Shown: positions 35,598 through 46,400 of the stretch, piece by piece | How the letters are laid out: the number at the start of each line of letters is the position of its first letter | Numbering within the stretch: position 1 is the first letter of the stretch | Source of the DNA: Candidatus Zipacnadia bacterium | Lineage (GTDB): Bacteria > Armatimonadota > Zipacnadia > JALGUG01 | DNA length: 64,000 nt | Direction of reading: 5' to 3' | Assembly (NCBI GenBank): GCA_029820995.1 | Contig: JALGUG010000010.1 | Location: forward strand, 9,878 to 73,877 | Program-made: the position numbers and the translations under genes | Notes under the pieces: generated by a model | The model's database searches: none | What the model saw: the letters and a program-made list of their open reading frames with translations, nothing else | Told to the model about the DNA's origin: nothing

Positions 35598-37643
35598 TCA
35601 CCGCCGCGTGCGGCCCAGGATGCCTTTGGCCACGACGACAATGGCGATCCCAACCAGGACGAACAGCAAGATTGCGGCTCCAACCAAGTACGCCCAGGTC
35701 ACCCGGCCTCGCCTCGCGTGCGCAACCAGGCCCTGAGCCCCCGGCCCGGTCGTCGCTGACTGCGGCGCACTCAGTCCTCTTCGGCTCAACGCCTTGATGA
35801 TCCTGTCCTCCGTCTGCGCTCGGTCGCACAGGGCACGGAACTCCTCGCGGTTCAGCGGCTCGCCCTCGCCCTGAACCTCGATAAACCGCTCCGTGGGGAC
35901 CCAGTAGTCTACGTCCCCGAACATCGGCTGGACCTCGCCTTCTCCCCGTGCGAGGCGCACCTCAGGGCAGTCCACGAACCGCACGTGCAGTTTCGTCATC
36001 TTGACGCCAATCACCGCCCAAAACACATCGGGCGAGCGCGCTACCGGAATCATCATGCGTACGTCTCGCCTCATGTCGTCGTCCTGAGCCCAGGCGCTCA
36101 GCCACTGCTCGGCGCGAGCCATCGAGCGCCGGGCGGCATCGCCCGCGCGCTCCTCGCTCCACTTAGACGGCAGCTCTTTCAGCGGGGCGCCCACATCGCG
36201 CAAGGCCAGACAGTACGCACCGTACATCAGCTCCTGCAGATTGCTCAGCTCCTCACCCAGGGGCTGCGGGCGCTCCACGGCGCCCTCGTCGCGTGCGTGG
36301 AGCTGCGTCAGCGCCTCCGGCCCCAACTTGTTCCGCAGCACCCCACGGAGGAACTCATAGCCGTCCCCGATACGCAGGTACGTGCTCGCGATCGGCTCCA
36401 CCGCAAGATAGGGGAAAACCGTCACTTCCAGGAGCGGCGGTGCGGCCGCTTCGGTCAATTCTAGCTGCTTGACGTGCGTCTCGCGCACCTGCGCCATCAT
36501 GGACTTGAAGGCCTCGGCCAGCAGTTCCTTGTACTTGTCCGACAACTCCAGCTTGCGGCCCTCGGGCATCTTATCCGGCTTCAGCAGGGGCTCGAGCGCG
36601 TACTGCTGGTATTCGTACCATCCCGAGTCCCGATCGGGCTTAAGGTCAATCTTCCCGGAGCGGATCGCGTCAATGAAGGCCTCCATGCTCGAGATGCCCA
36701 TGGCGCCTGCCTCCCAGAGGAGGAACATCTCCTTGGACTCCGAGGGCGGCAGCAGCGCCAGGCCCAGTTGATGCTTGCTCCTGAGCTGCTCGGCGAACGC
36801 CGTCGCTGCCGCCTCATCGCCGATGGCCTTCTCTAGCCCTCCTGCTGCGGCGATCTCGGCCACCATGTCCGAGACTTCCATGCTTCGCAGCGGGTTGGTC
36901 AGCCGCGCGTACAGGTCCAGCAGAAGCTGCCGCTCTTGCTCCAGCTCGGGCTCGCCATGGATCACGTCAGCGAGGACAGCCGCCGCGGCCGTTTCTTGCT
37001 CGTCGTCCAGATTCAGCCGCTTCTGCAGCGCCGTGTCTCGCCGGAAGATGTTTGCCAGCTCCGGGCTCCAGGTATAGAAGCCCACCGGCTTGCGGCCCAC
37101 GTTGGGGTTAAGAGGCGGTCCGGGGAAGCTGAAGCCGGTGAGCTGACCGCCGACCGCCAGCGCGGAGGCCACATAACGCACAGCCTCGGCGCAAGCTCCC
37201 TGCGGATAGCCGCTCAGCTTGCCATGGCGATCAATCAGCGCCTGCAGCACCCGTTGCAGCAGCTCCCGCTTGCCCAGTTTCAGCTTCGATCCGAAGGGCC
37301 TCTCGGCGGCAAGCTCCACCGCCGCGTACATTCCGTCGTCGAACTTCTTGCCCTTCGCGGCCACCAGAGACACCGACGGCAGGAACTCAAAGCCCTGCTG
37401 CTGGGCCGCCTGGTAGGCCTCCTCATAAGTCCTGAACAGCCGCCGCGCGTACTGCGCCTGCTCGGGCTCATCCACGAACTCGTCCACCACATCAATGGCG
37501 ATTCGTGCCTTCGTATTGTCAATGGTGATCTCTCGGCCCTCCACCGTTGCCGTCCGGACGAATGTCACCTTCTGCGCCTGTGCCGGCGTGGCCGTCCCCA
37601 GCCCAACAGCCAGGACAATTCCCGCAAGTGCTCTGGTTGCCAT
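35598..37643 (-). CDS. Secreted, C-terminally anchored hypothetical protein (possible remote DUF3160-like)
   Basis: Signal peptide, PVGFYTWSPEL, GWYEYQQYAL, RETHVKQL, C-terminal TM with basic tail; GAGGAGGT SD. Confidence 0.6.
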   Translation of the reverse strand: MATRALAGIVLAVGLGTATPAQAQKVTFVRTATVEGREITIDNTKARIAIDVVDEFVDEPEQAQYARRLFRTYEEAYQAAQQQGFEFLPSVSLVAAKGKKFDDGMYAAVELAAERPFGSKLKLGKRELLQRVLQALIDRHGKLSGYPQGACAEAVRYVASALAVGGQLTGFSFPGPPLNPNVGRKPVGFYTWSPELANIFRRDTALQKRLNLDDEQETAAAAVLADVIHGEPELEQERQLLLDLYARLTNPLRSMEVSDMVAEIAAAGGLEKAIGDEAAATAFAEQLRSKHQLGLALLPPSESKEMFLLWEAGAMGISSMEAFIDAIRSGKIDLKPDRDSGWYEYQQYALEPLLKPDKMPEGRKLELSDKYKELLAEAFKSMMAQVRETHVKQLELTEAAAPPLLEVTVFPYLAVEPIASTYLRIGDGYEFLRGVLRNKLGPEALTQLHARDEGAVERPQPLGEELSNLQELMYGAYCLALRDVGAPLKELPSKWSEERAGDAARRSMARAEQWLSAWAQDDDMRRDVRMMIPVARSPDVFWAVIGVKMTKLHVRFVDCPEVRLARGEGEVQPMFGDVDYWVPTERFIEVQGEGEPLNREEFRALCDRAQTEDRIIKALSRRGLSAPQSATTGPGAQGLVAHARRGRVTWAYLVGAAILLFVLVGIAIVVVAKGILGRTRR

Positions 37644-37820
37644 TCTGATTACCTCCTCGGCCTTTTCCACTGAGACGTTGCGGGCAAGCCGCGCGTTCCG
37701 CCTCGCTCGCGCGCAGGCCGACCTTCACCGACGACGTGGTTCTCGTGCGCCCGCAGGACCTCGCCCCCTTGAGCGCGAATTGGCCTCTGCAACCGACAGG
37801 CTTCCAAGAGGCCTTCAATC

Positions 37821-38861
37821 ATGAAAGAGCGGAATGACTTTGCGCGCCTCCGACACGCGATCCTGCGTCAGGGGAAGCTGGATCGGGCGCCGCTGATTGA
37901 GCTACACGTGGACCTGCCGGTAAAGGAGGCCTTTATCGGGCGCAAGATCCAGACGGCCGCGGATGAAGCCGAGTTCTGGGTGACCGCCGGTTACGATTAC
38001 GCTCCCATCGCCACCGGGCTCCTGCAGGTCGGCGGCGTCATGTCGGGCGAGGCCACACAGACGTCCGAAGGCCGATACAGTCTGTACGAAGACCGCACGG
38101 AAATCAATTGGGCCGCGGAGGGGCAGGGCATTATCCAGACCGTGGAGGATGTGGCGGCCTTTCCATGGCCGGACGCCGAGACCCTGGACCTGTCACCAAT
38201 CACCGAGCTAGCCGACGCGCTGCCGGCCGAGATGCCCGTCATCGTGATTATCGGCAAGCTGTTCACTCCGGCCTGGATGCTGCTCGGCTTCGAGGGATTT
38301 GCCGAAGCCTCGCTCTTCAATCGGCCCCTGCTCGATGCAATCTTTGAGCGGATTACGGCCTTCCAATTCCGCGTCTTCGAGCGCGCAATCGAGCTGCCGA
38401 AAGTGGCCGGGATCTGGCATTCGGACGACCTGGCCTTCGGCACCGGGCTCCTGGTCTCGCCGGAGGTGTACCGTCACTACGTATTCCCATGGTACCGGCG
38501 GATGGGCGAGATCTGCCGCGCGCGCGACCTGCTGTACATCTACCACTCGGACGGCAACCTACATGAAGTGTTTGACGACCTGATTGCCTGCGGCTTCCAC
38601 GCGCTGCACCCCATTGAGCCGCAGGCCATGGATGCGCGGCAGGTCAAGGCACAGGTCGGCGATCATCTCTGCCTGCTGGGCAACATTGACGTGGACCTGC
38701 TCGCTCGCGGCACGCCCGATCAGGTGCGGAAGGCCGTGCGTGCCAATCTGCGCGACCTGACGGCCGACGGGGGATATTGCCCCGGCTCGGCGAACTCGGT
38801 AACACACTATTGCCGTCTGGACAACTACCGGGCGCTGATTGAGACGGCCTTCGAGGGCTAG
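37821..38861 (+). CDS. Uroporphyrinogen decarboxylase / MtaA-CmuA family protein
   Basis: DRAP..E, FPWPD, LLGFEGF, SDDLA, YHSDGN, LHPIEP, LLGNID, PGSANSV. Confidence 0.88.
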   Translation: MKERNDFARLRHAILRQGKLDRAPLIELHVDLPVKEAFIGRKIQTAADEAEFWVTAGYDYAPIATGLLQVGGVMSGEATQTSEGRYSLYEDRTEINWAAEGQGIIQTVEDVAAFPWPDAETLDLSPITELADALPAEMPVIVIIGKLFTPAWMLLGFEGFAEASLFNRPLLDAIFERITAFQFRVFERAIELPKVAGIWHSDDLAFGTGLLVSPEVYRHYVFPWYRRMGEICRARDLLYIYHSDGNLHEVFDDLIACGFHALHPIEPQAMDARQVKAQVGDHLCLLGNIDVDLLARGTPDQVRKAVRANLRDLTADGGYCPGSANSVTHYCRLDNYRALIETAFEG

Positions 38862-38904
38862 AGGTGCTTGCATGACCCTTGTACGAGCCCCTTCAGGCGC
38901 GACC
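38858..38904. mobile_element. Partial MITE-like element, copy A (left half)
   Basis: CTAGAGGTGCTTGCATGACCCTTGTACGAGCCCCTTCAGGCGCGAC aligns with copies B-D; overlaps the TAG stop at 38859-38861. Confidence 0.55.
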
Positions 38905-38963
38905 CTCGCCCTCCGAACAGCCCAGCCGGTCATCCGTTGGCCGGAAGCGAACAGGAGCTGACA

Positions 38964-39674
38964 ATGCCTCGTTCCCGCCGTGATGAGGTCCCGCCACATG
39001 ACTTCGTGCCCCACGATCGGACACGTCAGGCCATTGCGGACCGCGTGCTGGAAAGCCACCGCAGCAAGCCCACCTTCTACGTATCGCTCGATGTGGACGC
39101 CTCAGCGGTGCTCGACGCGCGCCAGGCCTTGAAGGCCGCCGCCGGCGAGGGCCAGACGGTGCCCACGGTCAACGACTACTTGCTCAAAGCGGCAGCCCTT
39201 GCGCTCCGCGAGCACCGACGGTTCAATTCCTGGTACTCGGACCAGGGATTGCTCGTGTTCCATGACATCAACGTGGGCTTTGCAGTGGGCACCCCCGTAG
39301 GCGTGCTGCTGCCCACGGTGTTTGCAGCGGACCAGAAGTCTCTGGTCGAGATTGCGGCCGAGACGCGCGAGATGGCCCAACTGGCACGCAACAACAGGCT
39401 GCGCGCGAGCCTACAGCGCAACGCCGGTTTTACGGTCTCAAACCTCGGCGGCTATGGGATTGAACGGTTCACGGCGATCATCTCGCCGCCGCAGACAGCT
39501 ATTCTGTCCGTGGGCGCCGCCCAACCGCGCCCGGTGGTGTGCCAGGGGGAGATCGCGGTCCGCCCGATGATGGACCTGACGCTCACCGTGGACCACCGCG
39601 TACACGACGGCGACCAGGCCGCGCAGTTCCTCCTGACAATGCAACAGGTCCTCGCTGATCCGGACTGGCAGTAG
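38964..39674 (+). CDS. Stand-alone 2-oxo acid dehydrogenase E2 acyltransferase catalytic domain
   Basis: RQAIA.R..S..P.F, INVGFAV, FTVSNLG, AIISPPQ.AIL.VG, DHRVHDG; no lipoyl domain. Confidence 0.88.
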   Translation: MPRSRRDEVPPHDFVPHDRTRQAIADRVLESHRSKPTFYVSLDVDASAVLDARQALKAAAGEGQTVPTVNDYLLKAAALALREHRRFNSWYSDQGLLVFHDINVGFAVGTPVGVLLPTVFAADQKSLVEIAAETREMAQLARNNRLRASLQRNAGFTVSNLGGYGIERFTAIISPPQTAILSVGAAQPRPVVCQGEIAVRPMMDLTLTVDHRVHDGDQAAQFLLTMQQVLADPDWQ

Positions 39675-39696
39675 GACCGATCGCGTTGCCGCGGGG

Positions 39697-40950
39697 TCAG
39701 GAGCCGCACCACTCGATAATCGTCTGCACCAAGCCCTGGGCGGCCTGCACCATTTGCGCGATCTCAATCTTCTCCCCGTCGGCGTGGGCGTCCTTGATCA
39801 GCCCCGGGCCGAACACCACCGTGGGCATCCCCCCCACGCGGTTGTACAGGCGAGCGTCGCAACTCACGTTCCAGCCGTAGACTTCAGACGCAAGATCCAC
39901 GCGCCGACAGGCCTGCAGCATCGTCGTCGGTAGCGGATGGTCGGCCGGAATGGCATAGGCGTCATTATGCAGTTTCGGGAACTCCAGGACGAAGTGTCCT
40001 TCCTGCTTGAGCCACTCGTTGTTCGTGCGCATCACGGCCTCGCGCAGCTCCTGCCTGATCTCCGACATGCGCTTGTTGGGCAGAAAGCCCACGCCCCCCT
40101 GTAGAGTGCATTCGCCGCAGACCATGGACGGCCACTCGCCCCCCTCGATCATCCCCAGACAAAGCTGAACCGGGTGCTCGTAGCGGTCGAACAGCTCCTG
40201 TCCGTGGCTGGCAGCGATCAGCTCCTCCTCGTACACGAGCAGCCACTTGATGACTTCCATCATCTGTTCAATGGCGTTGACCGCCTCGTGCCGCCGGCCC
40301 ATGTGCATCGGTGTGCCGAAGGTCTTGCAACGGAACCAGATTGCACCGCGGTTGCCCGGATGAATATCCAGCCCTGTGCCCTCCATCACAATGACCCCGT
40401 CGGCATAGCAGCCCTGTCGGATCAGGGCCAGCGCTCCGTTTCCGCCGACCTCTTCCTCGATGACGAACTGGAACTCGAGATCGCCCCGCACCTGGATCCC
40501 GAGGTCCCTCAGGACGGCCATCGTCGTGAGCAGTGTAGCAACCTGGCCCTTGCAGTCCGTGGCGCCGCGCCCGATGATGAGCCCCTCTTTGACTACGGGC
40601 GTGAAGGCCTCTTTCCAGGATTCGGCGGGCACGACATCATTGTGCGTCTGCAGAATCAGGCTGCGGCCGCTGCCGGTGCCCCGTTGCTGGACGACGATAT
40701 TGTGTCGGCCCTCGTATGAGGGCTCGACATCGGCATGGGAGTACTCTTCATCCTTCCGGAGACTCTCCGGAATCTCCCGGTACTGGGGATCGTAGCCGAG
40801 CTTCTTCAGCTCTGCGAACAGGTACGCCTGGGCCTCGGCCTCGTTGCCTTGCGTGCTGGGGAAGCGGATGAGGTCACAGGCCCACTGCACCATCTGATCG
40901 CGGAGCTGCTCGACACTCTCCTTGATCGCTTGCGGCGCGAATTCTGGCAT
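39697..40950 (-). CDS. M20 family deacylase (ArgE/DapE-like)
   Basis: HNDVVP, GRGATDCKG, EEEVGG, FGPG..AH..E. Confidence 0.9.
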   Translation of the reverse strand: MPEFAPQAIKESVEQLRDQMVQWACDLIRFPSTQGNEAEAQAYLFAELKKLGYDPQYREIPESLRKDEEYSHADVEPSYEGRHNIVVQQRGTGSGRSLILQTHNDVVPAESWKEAFTPVVKEGLIIGRGATDCKGQVATLLTTMAVLRDLGIQVRGDLEFQFVIEEEVGGNGALALIRQGCYADGVIVMEGTGLDIHPGNRGAIWFRCKTFGTPMHMGRRHEAVNAIEQMMEVIKWLLVYEEELIAASHGQELFDRYEHPVQLCLGMIEGGEWPSMVCGECTLQGGVGFLPNKRMSEIRQELREAVMRTNNEWLKQEGHFVLEFPKLHNDAYAIPADHPLPTTMLQACRRVDLASEVYGWNVSCDARLYNRVGGMPTVVFGPGLIKDAHADGEKIEIAQMVQAAQGLVQTIIEWCGS

Positions 40951-41048
40951 GGCTTTCTTTCTCTTTGCTCGGAGGCGGAGCCGACCGGCAGGGAAGTACG
41001 GTCGCGCGGCTCCCGTGCGGTACCGGCCTCCGGCCTTCTGGAATTAGG

Positions 41049-41180
41049 TCACTCGGGGGGCTTTCCCTGATCTGCGTCTACGCTCTGCGCATAGCCGCGG
41101 GCAACCCAGCCTACAATGAAGCCGATCACAAACAGCAGCGGAATGCCGATGAGGTGGTGAGCAGTCATCAAGGCTTCCAC
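41049..41180 (-). CDS. 43-aa single-TM small protein (below the ORF-track cutoff)
   Basis: GGAGGT-6nt-GTG; (M)EALMTAHHLIGIPLLFVIGFIVGWVARGYAQSVDADQGKPPE*; lies 18 bp after thrB. Confidence 0.7.
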   Translation of the reverse strand: MEALMTAHHLIGIPLLFVIGFIVGWVARGYAQSVDADQGKPPE

Positions 41181-41198
41181 GTAGTAACCTCCGTGCAT

Positions 41199-42113
41199 TC
41201 AATTCGTCGGGTCTGTCGCCCGAACCTCGGCTCCCGTCAGGTCCGGCTTGAGAACGTAAGCCTCGGCACGAACTCCCTCCTGGGCGAGCGCGTGTGCCAT
41301 TGCTTCGGCCGCGGCCGGGGCGGCATCACTGGCCAGAGCGACGATTGTCGGCCCCGCGCCGCTCAACGCTGCGCCCCAGGCCCCGGCCCGCAACGCCGCC
41401 TCGATGGCCCCTTGCATCCCCGGAACCAGGCGGGCGCGATAGGGCTGATGCAGGCGGTCTTCCATGGCGGCCCCCAAGTGCCGCAGGTCCCCTGACGCCA
41501 GTGCCGCCACAAACAGGGCGGAGCGCGACACATTGAACAAGGCGTCTTGTCGAGGAACCTCCGGCGGCAAGAGCGCCCGCGCCCGCTCGGTGCTGACGGT
41601 GTACTCCGGGACCGCCAGGGCGACACGCAACTCCGGCGGCGGTTCGAGCCGAATGTACCGCCACGCCTCTTCGGCCCGGTAGGACACAGTGACGCCGCCG
41701 CGCAGCGCCGGCACGACGTTGTCGGGGTGCCCCTCGACCTCGACGGCGACCCGCAGCAGAACCTCTTCCGGCGGGTTCCAGCCGAGCAGAGCCGACGCGC
41801 CTACCAGCCCACCCACGATGGCTGCGGCGCTGCTGCCCAGGCCGCGCTCCAACGGGATGCGGTTCACCTGCCGGACGCCGAGAACGGGAGCTTCACGGCC
41901 CAGCTCTGCGGCCAGGCGTGCGATAGCACGGCGCACCAAGTTCCGGTCGTCGCGCGGTAGCTCGTCCGCACCGAGGCCCTCGATTTCGATTGTCGGCCTC
42001 TCGGTCGTGCTCAGCTCAATCTCGTTGTACAGAGCCAGAGCCAGCCCGAGCACATCAAAGCCGGCGCCGAGATTCGCAGTGGTGGCGGGAACCTGGACGT
42101 GGACGCGAGCCAC
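41199..42113 (-). CDS. thrB: Homoserine kinase
   Basis: VPATTANLGAGFD, PLERGLGSSAAA, EGHPDN, EDRLHQPYR, LSGAGPT. Confidence 0.95.
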   Translation of the reverse strand: MARVHVQVPATTANLGAGFDVLGLALALYNEIELSTTERPTIEIEGLGADELPRDDRNLVRRAIARLAAELGREAPVLGVRQVNRIPLERGLGSSAAAIVGGLVGASALLGWNPPEEVLLRVAVEVEGHPDNVVPALRGGVTVSYRAEEAWRYIRLEPPPELRVALAVPEYTVSTERARALLPPEVPRQDALFNVSRSALFVAALASGDLRHLGAAMEDRLHQPYRARLVPGMQGAIEAALRAGAWGAALSGAGPTIVALASDAAPAAAEAMAHALAQEGVRAEAYVLKPDLTGAEVRATDPTN

Positions 42114-42117
42114 GAGC

Positions 42118-43215
42118 CTAACCGCCCTTGTATTCGCGGCTCAGTCGGCCGCTTATTTGTGTGGGCAGAGCGTGCGGGGCAACACCGGCGAGCTGGGCAA
42201 GTTCTTCGGCAGCGATGATCGCGCCGTCGTCGCGGCCGAGCAGCAGGACTTCGTCGCCGGGATGCACGTCCGGCACATCCGTGACATCGAGGCAAATCGA
42301 ATCCATGTTGACGCTGCCAACGACCTTGACCCGGCGACCGCGGAGGGCGGCAACCCCGCGGTTGGACAGCCCCGGCTGATAGCCGTCCGCGTAGCCGAAC
42401 GGCACCAGGGCGATGACGACGTCACGGGGCGCGCGCCAGGTTTGTCCATACCCGACTGGGTGGCCCGCCGGAAGGCGCTTGACCAGTGCCACTTGTGCCT
42501 GCAGCGACATCGCTGTGAGGAGCGTAGGCCGGACCTCTTCCGGCACCCCGAGGTGTAGGCCGTAGAGGAAGGCCCCGCAACGGACGGCGTCCAGGCGGGT
42601 CTCCGGTAAGACCGCGGTCGCCGCGCTGCTGGCCAGATGCCGCAGCAGCCCGCTGGGTAAACGGTCTGTGACCTCGCAAAACACGCGAAGCTGCTCCGCG
42701 CTGACGTCGCGGTCCAGCGGACAGGACAACTGCGAGCAAACGCCGACCAGCTTGAGACCAGGCTGGTTCTCCAGCGCCGTCAGCAGGTCGAAGACTTCGC
42801 CGGGACGCACGCCCTGGCGGCCCATTCCCGTGTCAATCTTCAGATGGATTCGCACGGCCCGCCGTACGCGCGAGGCCGCCTCCCCCAGCGCGCGCACCAT
42901 GGTAGCATCACTGACCACCACTTCAATCTGCTGCCGGGCCAAGGCCCGCGTCGCTTCCTCCGGAGGGGAGGTCAGCAGAATGATCGGCGCCGTAATGCCG
43001 GCCGCCCGCAGCTCCAGTGCCTCGTCCACCAGGGCCACGGCCAAGTAGTGCGCCCCGCCGCGCAGCGCTGCTCGGGCGGCGGGAACGGCTCCGTGCCCAT
43101 AGGCATCGGCCTTGATCACGGCGATGAGCTCGGTCGCATCACCCACGAGCTCACATACGGTCCGGGTGTTAGCTCGGATCGCGCCCAGATCAATCTCCAG
43201 CCGAACCGGCCTCAC
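42118..43215 (-). CDS. alr: Alanine racemase
   Basis: VIKADAYGHG (PLP Lys), KIDTGMGR.G, VGYG, GYADG; start uncertain (43215, 43224 or 43239). Confidence 0.92.
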   Translation of the reverse strand: MRPVRLEIDLGAIRANTRTVCELVGDATELIAVIKADAYGHGAVPAARAALRGGAHYLAVALVDEALELRAAGITAPIILLTSPPEEATRALARQQIEVVVSDATMVRALGEAASRVRRAVRIHLKIDTGMGRQGVRPGEVFDLLTALENQPGLKLVGVCSQLSCPLDRDVSAEQLRVFCEVTDRLPSGLLRHLASSAATAVLPETRLDAVRCGAFLYGLHLGVPEEVRPTLLTAMSLQAQVALVKRLPAGHPVGYGQTWRAPRDVVIALVPFGYADGYQPGLSNRGVAALRGRRVKVVGSVNMDSICLDVTDVPDVHPGDEVLLLGRDDGAIIAAEELAQLAGVAPHALPTQISGRLSREYKGG

Positions 43216-43335
43216 GTGGGCCACTCCTCTCCTCGCCAATCCAGCAAAACAAGCGCCCCGGTCAACGCACCAGGGCGCGGCAGTATTCTGCAGCGCAGCC
43301 CGGCCTCTGCCAGGTGCGGCCCCACCCTCGTGGCA

Positions 43336-43416
43336 CTAGGAGTGGTTTCAAAACCCTTGTAGCGGCGCGTTTACACGCGACTGTCGTGGCTCGTCGAGGT
43401 CTTGAAACCACTTCTA
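43336..43416. mobile_element. MITE-like element, copy B
   Basis: Terminal inverted repeats TAGGAGTGGTTTCAAAACC / GGTCTTGAAACCACTTCTA (17 of 19 match). Confidence 0.7.
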
Positions 43417-46400
43417 CCCGGATATCCGGGAAGCCCGTTCCGCCATCTTCTCCAACACCCCATAGAACTCGCCCGCGTCAGGGAAGCGCTCTTCCGGCTT
43501 CTTGGCCAGAGCTCGGGCCAGCATTTCGTCAACACCGGCAGGCGCCCGGGCCCTGAGATCGGCCAACGAGGGCGGCGGCTCGGCCACATGCGCCAGCATC
43601 ACTGCTATGGGATCGTCAGCCACGAAGGGTGGACGGCCGGCCAGGAGATAGTACACGATGCAACCGAGGCTGTAGACGTCGGTAGTCAAGCCGAAGGGTT
43701 CAGTGCGGCACTGCTCGGGAGACAGAAATCCGGGGTCGCCGAGAGCTTGAACCGGAGAGGTGGCAAGCCGTTGGACGGCCCGTTCGGCCGCCAGGAGCGC
43801 GTCATGGTCGGCCAACCGACAGGTGCGGTCGAAGCCCACCAGCCGGATACTGCCGTCCCGAGCGAACATCACGCTGCGGGGAGACAGATTACGATGCACG
43901 ATGCCCATTTCGTGCAGGCCATTGACGGCTTCCGCCAGTCCCGCCGCCACCCGCAACGCTTCAGCCGCGGGCAGGGCTCCCTCCAGCGCGATGCGCTGCT
44001 CCAGCGTCCGCTCCAGCAGTTCCATGCTGTAGGCGGGCGTACGATCGCCCTCCCCGGGCCACGTCTGAAACTGTTTGACCACCGCGGGCGGGCGGCGCAG
44101 CGTACCGGAGAGACTGGCGAGCAGATTGGTCTCGTTGCGGAACAGCCGCTCCAGGTTCCGGCGGCCGGCTTGCGCTTCTTCGGGATGCACTCCGGGCGCA
44201 ACCTGCGGCAAGTTCAGTTCTTTGATCGCGCGCACTTCGGAGAGCGCCCGGTCCACGCCTCGATAGATTCGGGCAAATCGGCCGGTCTTGACGAGCTCGA
44301 CTTGATCGAAGTGCTCCCACCACAGGCCGGGCTCTCCGCTCTCCGCCTCGGGAGGCTGCTCAACTGGTGTGCTCATCACGACGCGTGGGGAGGTGCGCGA
44401 CAGGCCGGCGGCTTCGATGATTGCCTCCCGAAACTCCGCGGCCGAACTGTAACGCTGCGCGGGGTCCTTGGCGAGAGCCTTCAAGGCCACCGGATCGGCA
44501 TCCGGATACAGGCTCTTACGCACATGGCTGGGAGGCTCCGGCTCACCGGTGACGTGCTGCATCATGGTGGCCAGGCGGCTGGCCCCTTCAAACGGCGGTC
44601 GGCCGGCGAGCAAGTGGTAGAGCAGGCAGCCGACCGCATAGATGTCGCTCTGGGGCGTCAGTGGCTCCTTCCGCACGCGCTCCGGCGGACTGTAATACTG
44701 GTCCCCGACCAGGGCGGCACGGCTCTCCCCGCTGGCCGCCTCAGCGATGGCGGCATAGCCGAAGCCGAACAGTAGGACGTGTTGATCTTCAGTCAGCAAC
44801 ACATTGCGCGGCGCCAGATCGCCGTGGAGAAACCCCGCCTCGTGAGCTGCCTGCAGGCCACGCAGCGTCTCCGCCACCAGCGAGCCGGCTTCCTGCAGCG
44901 ACAGCGCCTCTCGCTCTCGCAGTAACTGCGCCACCGTACGTGCCGCGGGCACTAGGTGCGCGATGTAGAAGGTCTCATTCGATTCGCCATAGGCAGCGAT
45001 GGGGGCGATAGTCTCATGCTTCAACTCCGACAGCGCAGCAACGTGTTCCGCGAACAGCTTCGGAAAGCGCAGAGCGTCCGAGTACTCGGGTTTGAAGACT
45101 GCGACCAGAGCCCGCTGCCCGCTGGAGGCCTGGGCCTGATGGATCGTATAGGTCTCCGCCTCCGCCGTCGGCTCCAAGAGCCGGTAGTCGCCACACTGCA
45201 GTTCTCGGGGCTGATTGCTTAGAGCGGCCAGGCGCTCCTGGACATCAGCATACCCCGGCTCGCGGAGGGCAACTTCCTGGAGGATCCGCGTGGCCTCTGC
45301 CAGTCGTCCCTCTTGCTCGCACCCCACGCCGGCGACGTACAGAACGCTGGTCGCTTCGTCGCTGGGCGGCAGATCGCGCAGGTAGCGGTACGCCAGGTAG
45401 AACTGCTCTTCGGTGACCAGAGACTGCCCCAGGAGAATAACTGTCTCCTCGTCGTCCGGCGCGGCCTCGGCGAGGGGCAGCAAGTACTGAACCGCCTTCT
45501 TGTTCAGACCGTGCTCATGGCACAGCCGACCCAGGAAGCTCTGCAGCCGCGGGTTGTCCGGTTCCACTTGTAGGGCCGTCTCGAGTACGGGAACCGCCTC
45601 TTCGGGAGCCTGCTCACCGTGCTGCATATAGTACCGGGACAACAGCGAGGCCATTTGCTGGACTTGCTCGGCGTTCTCGCACTGCCGGAACCAGGCGTGG
45701 TAGGCTTCGAGCGCGGGCGGACTGGTCGCGTTGGCGGACAGATACCCCTCGGCCAAGCGAGCTAGCGCCGAGATATTCTGTCGGTCTGCTTGCCACAGCC
45801 TTTGGTACAGGTCAACTGCCCTCTCGCTGCCCGGCTGCACCCGCCAGAACGCATCAGCCACTCCGGCCAGCAGCTTCTGATTGTCGGGGGAGCGCTCCAG
45901 CGCTCGCTCATACAAGCGAAAACTCTTCGGGTCTGTACGTCCCATCCGGAGAACCAAATGGGCCGCCAAGACGGGGAAGGGACGAGCGGCCAACTCGGCC
46001 AAGCTCGGCGCGAACAGTACCGCCAAAAGGACCAGTAAGAACAACAGGAGCTTGCCGTAGCCGTGGAGCGCGGCGCGTGACCAGGCAATCCACCGCGGAG
46101 GCGCCTCGCCGCCCAGCGCGTGCACCAGCACGGTCGCGCTGCCAACCTGTGCGGGCGTCTCGGCTAGCTGCAGGGCCGCGGCCGCATGCTTCAGGCCCCG
46201 AGCCTGGTCGCCTGACTTGGCATGGCAAAGCTGCGCCAGTGCGTACTGCGTCTCAAAGCGGTCGGGGGATTGCTCAAGGCTTCTACTCCAGTACTTCTCG
46301 GCCTCGTCGAGCTTCTCCGCCTTCGCGGCGATCAGCCCCAGTTCGTACCAGCACAGCGGTCCCTGCTTGTTGTGTGCTCGGAGAAAGTTCTGGAGCGCTG

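Noticed and set aside
40970-41032. GC-rich nested hairpin upstream of the M20 deacylase as a riboswitch
   Set aside because: No recognisable aptamer motif; such pairing is expected at this GC content.
42118-43215. Alr substitutions (SQLS for THFA, GSVNMD for GRVCMD) as a novel racemase
   Set aside because: The catalytic Lys and Tyr are intact; changed specificity cannot be supported from sequence alone.
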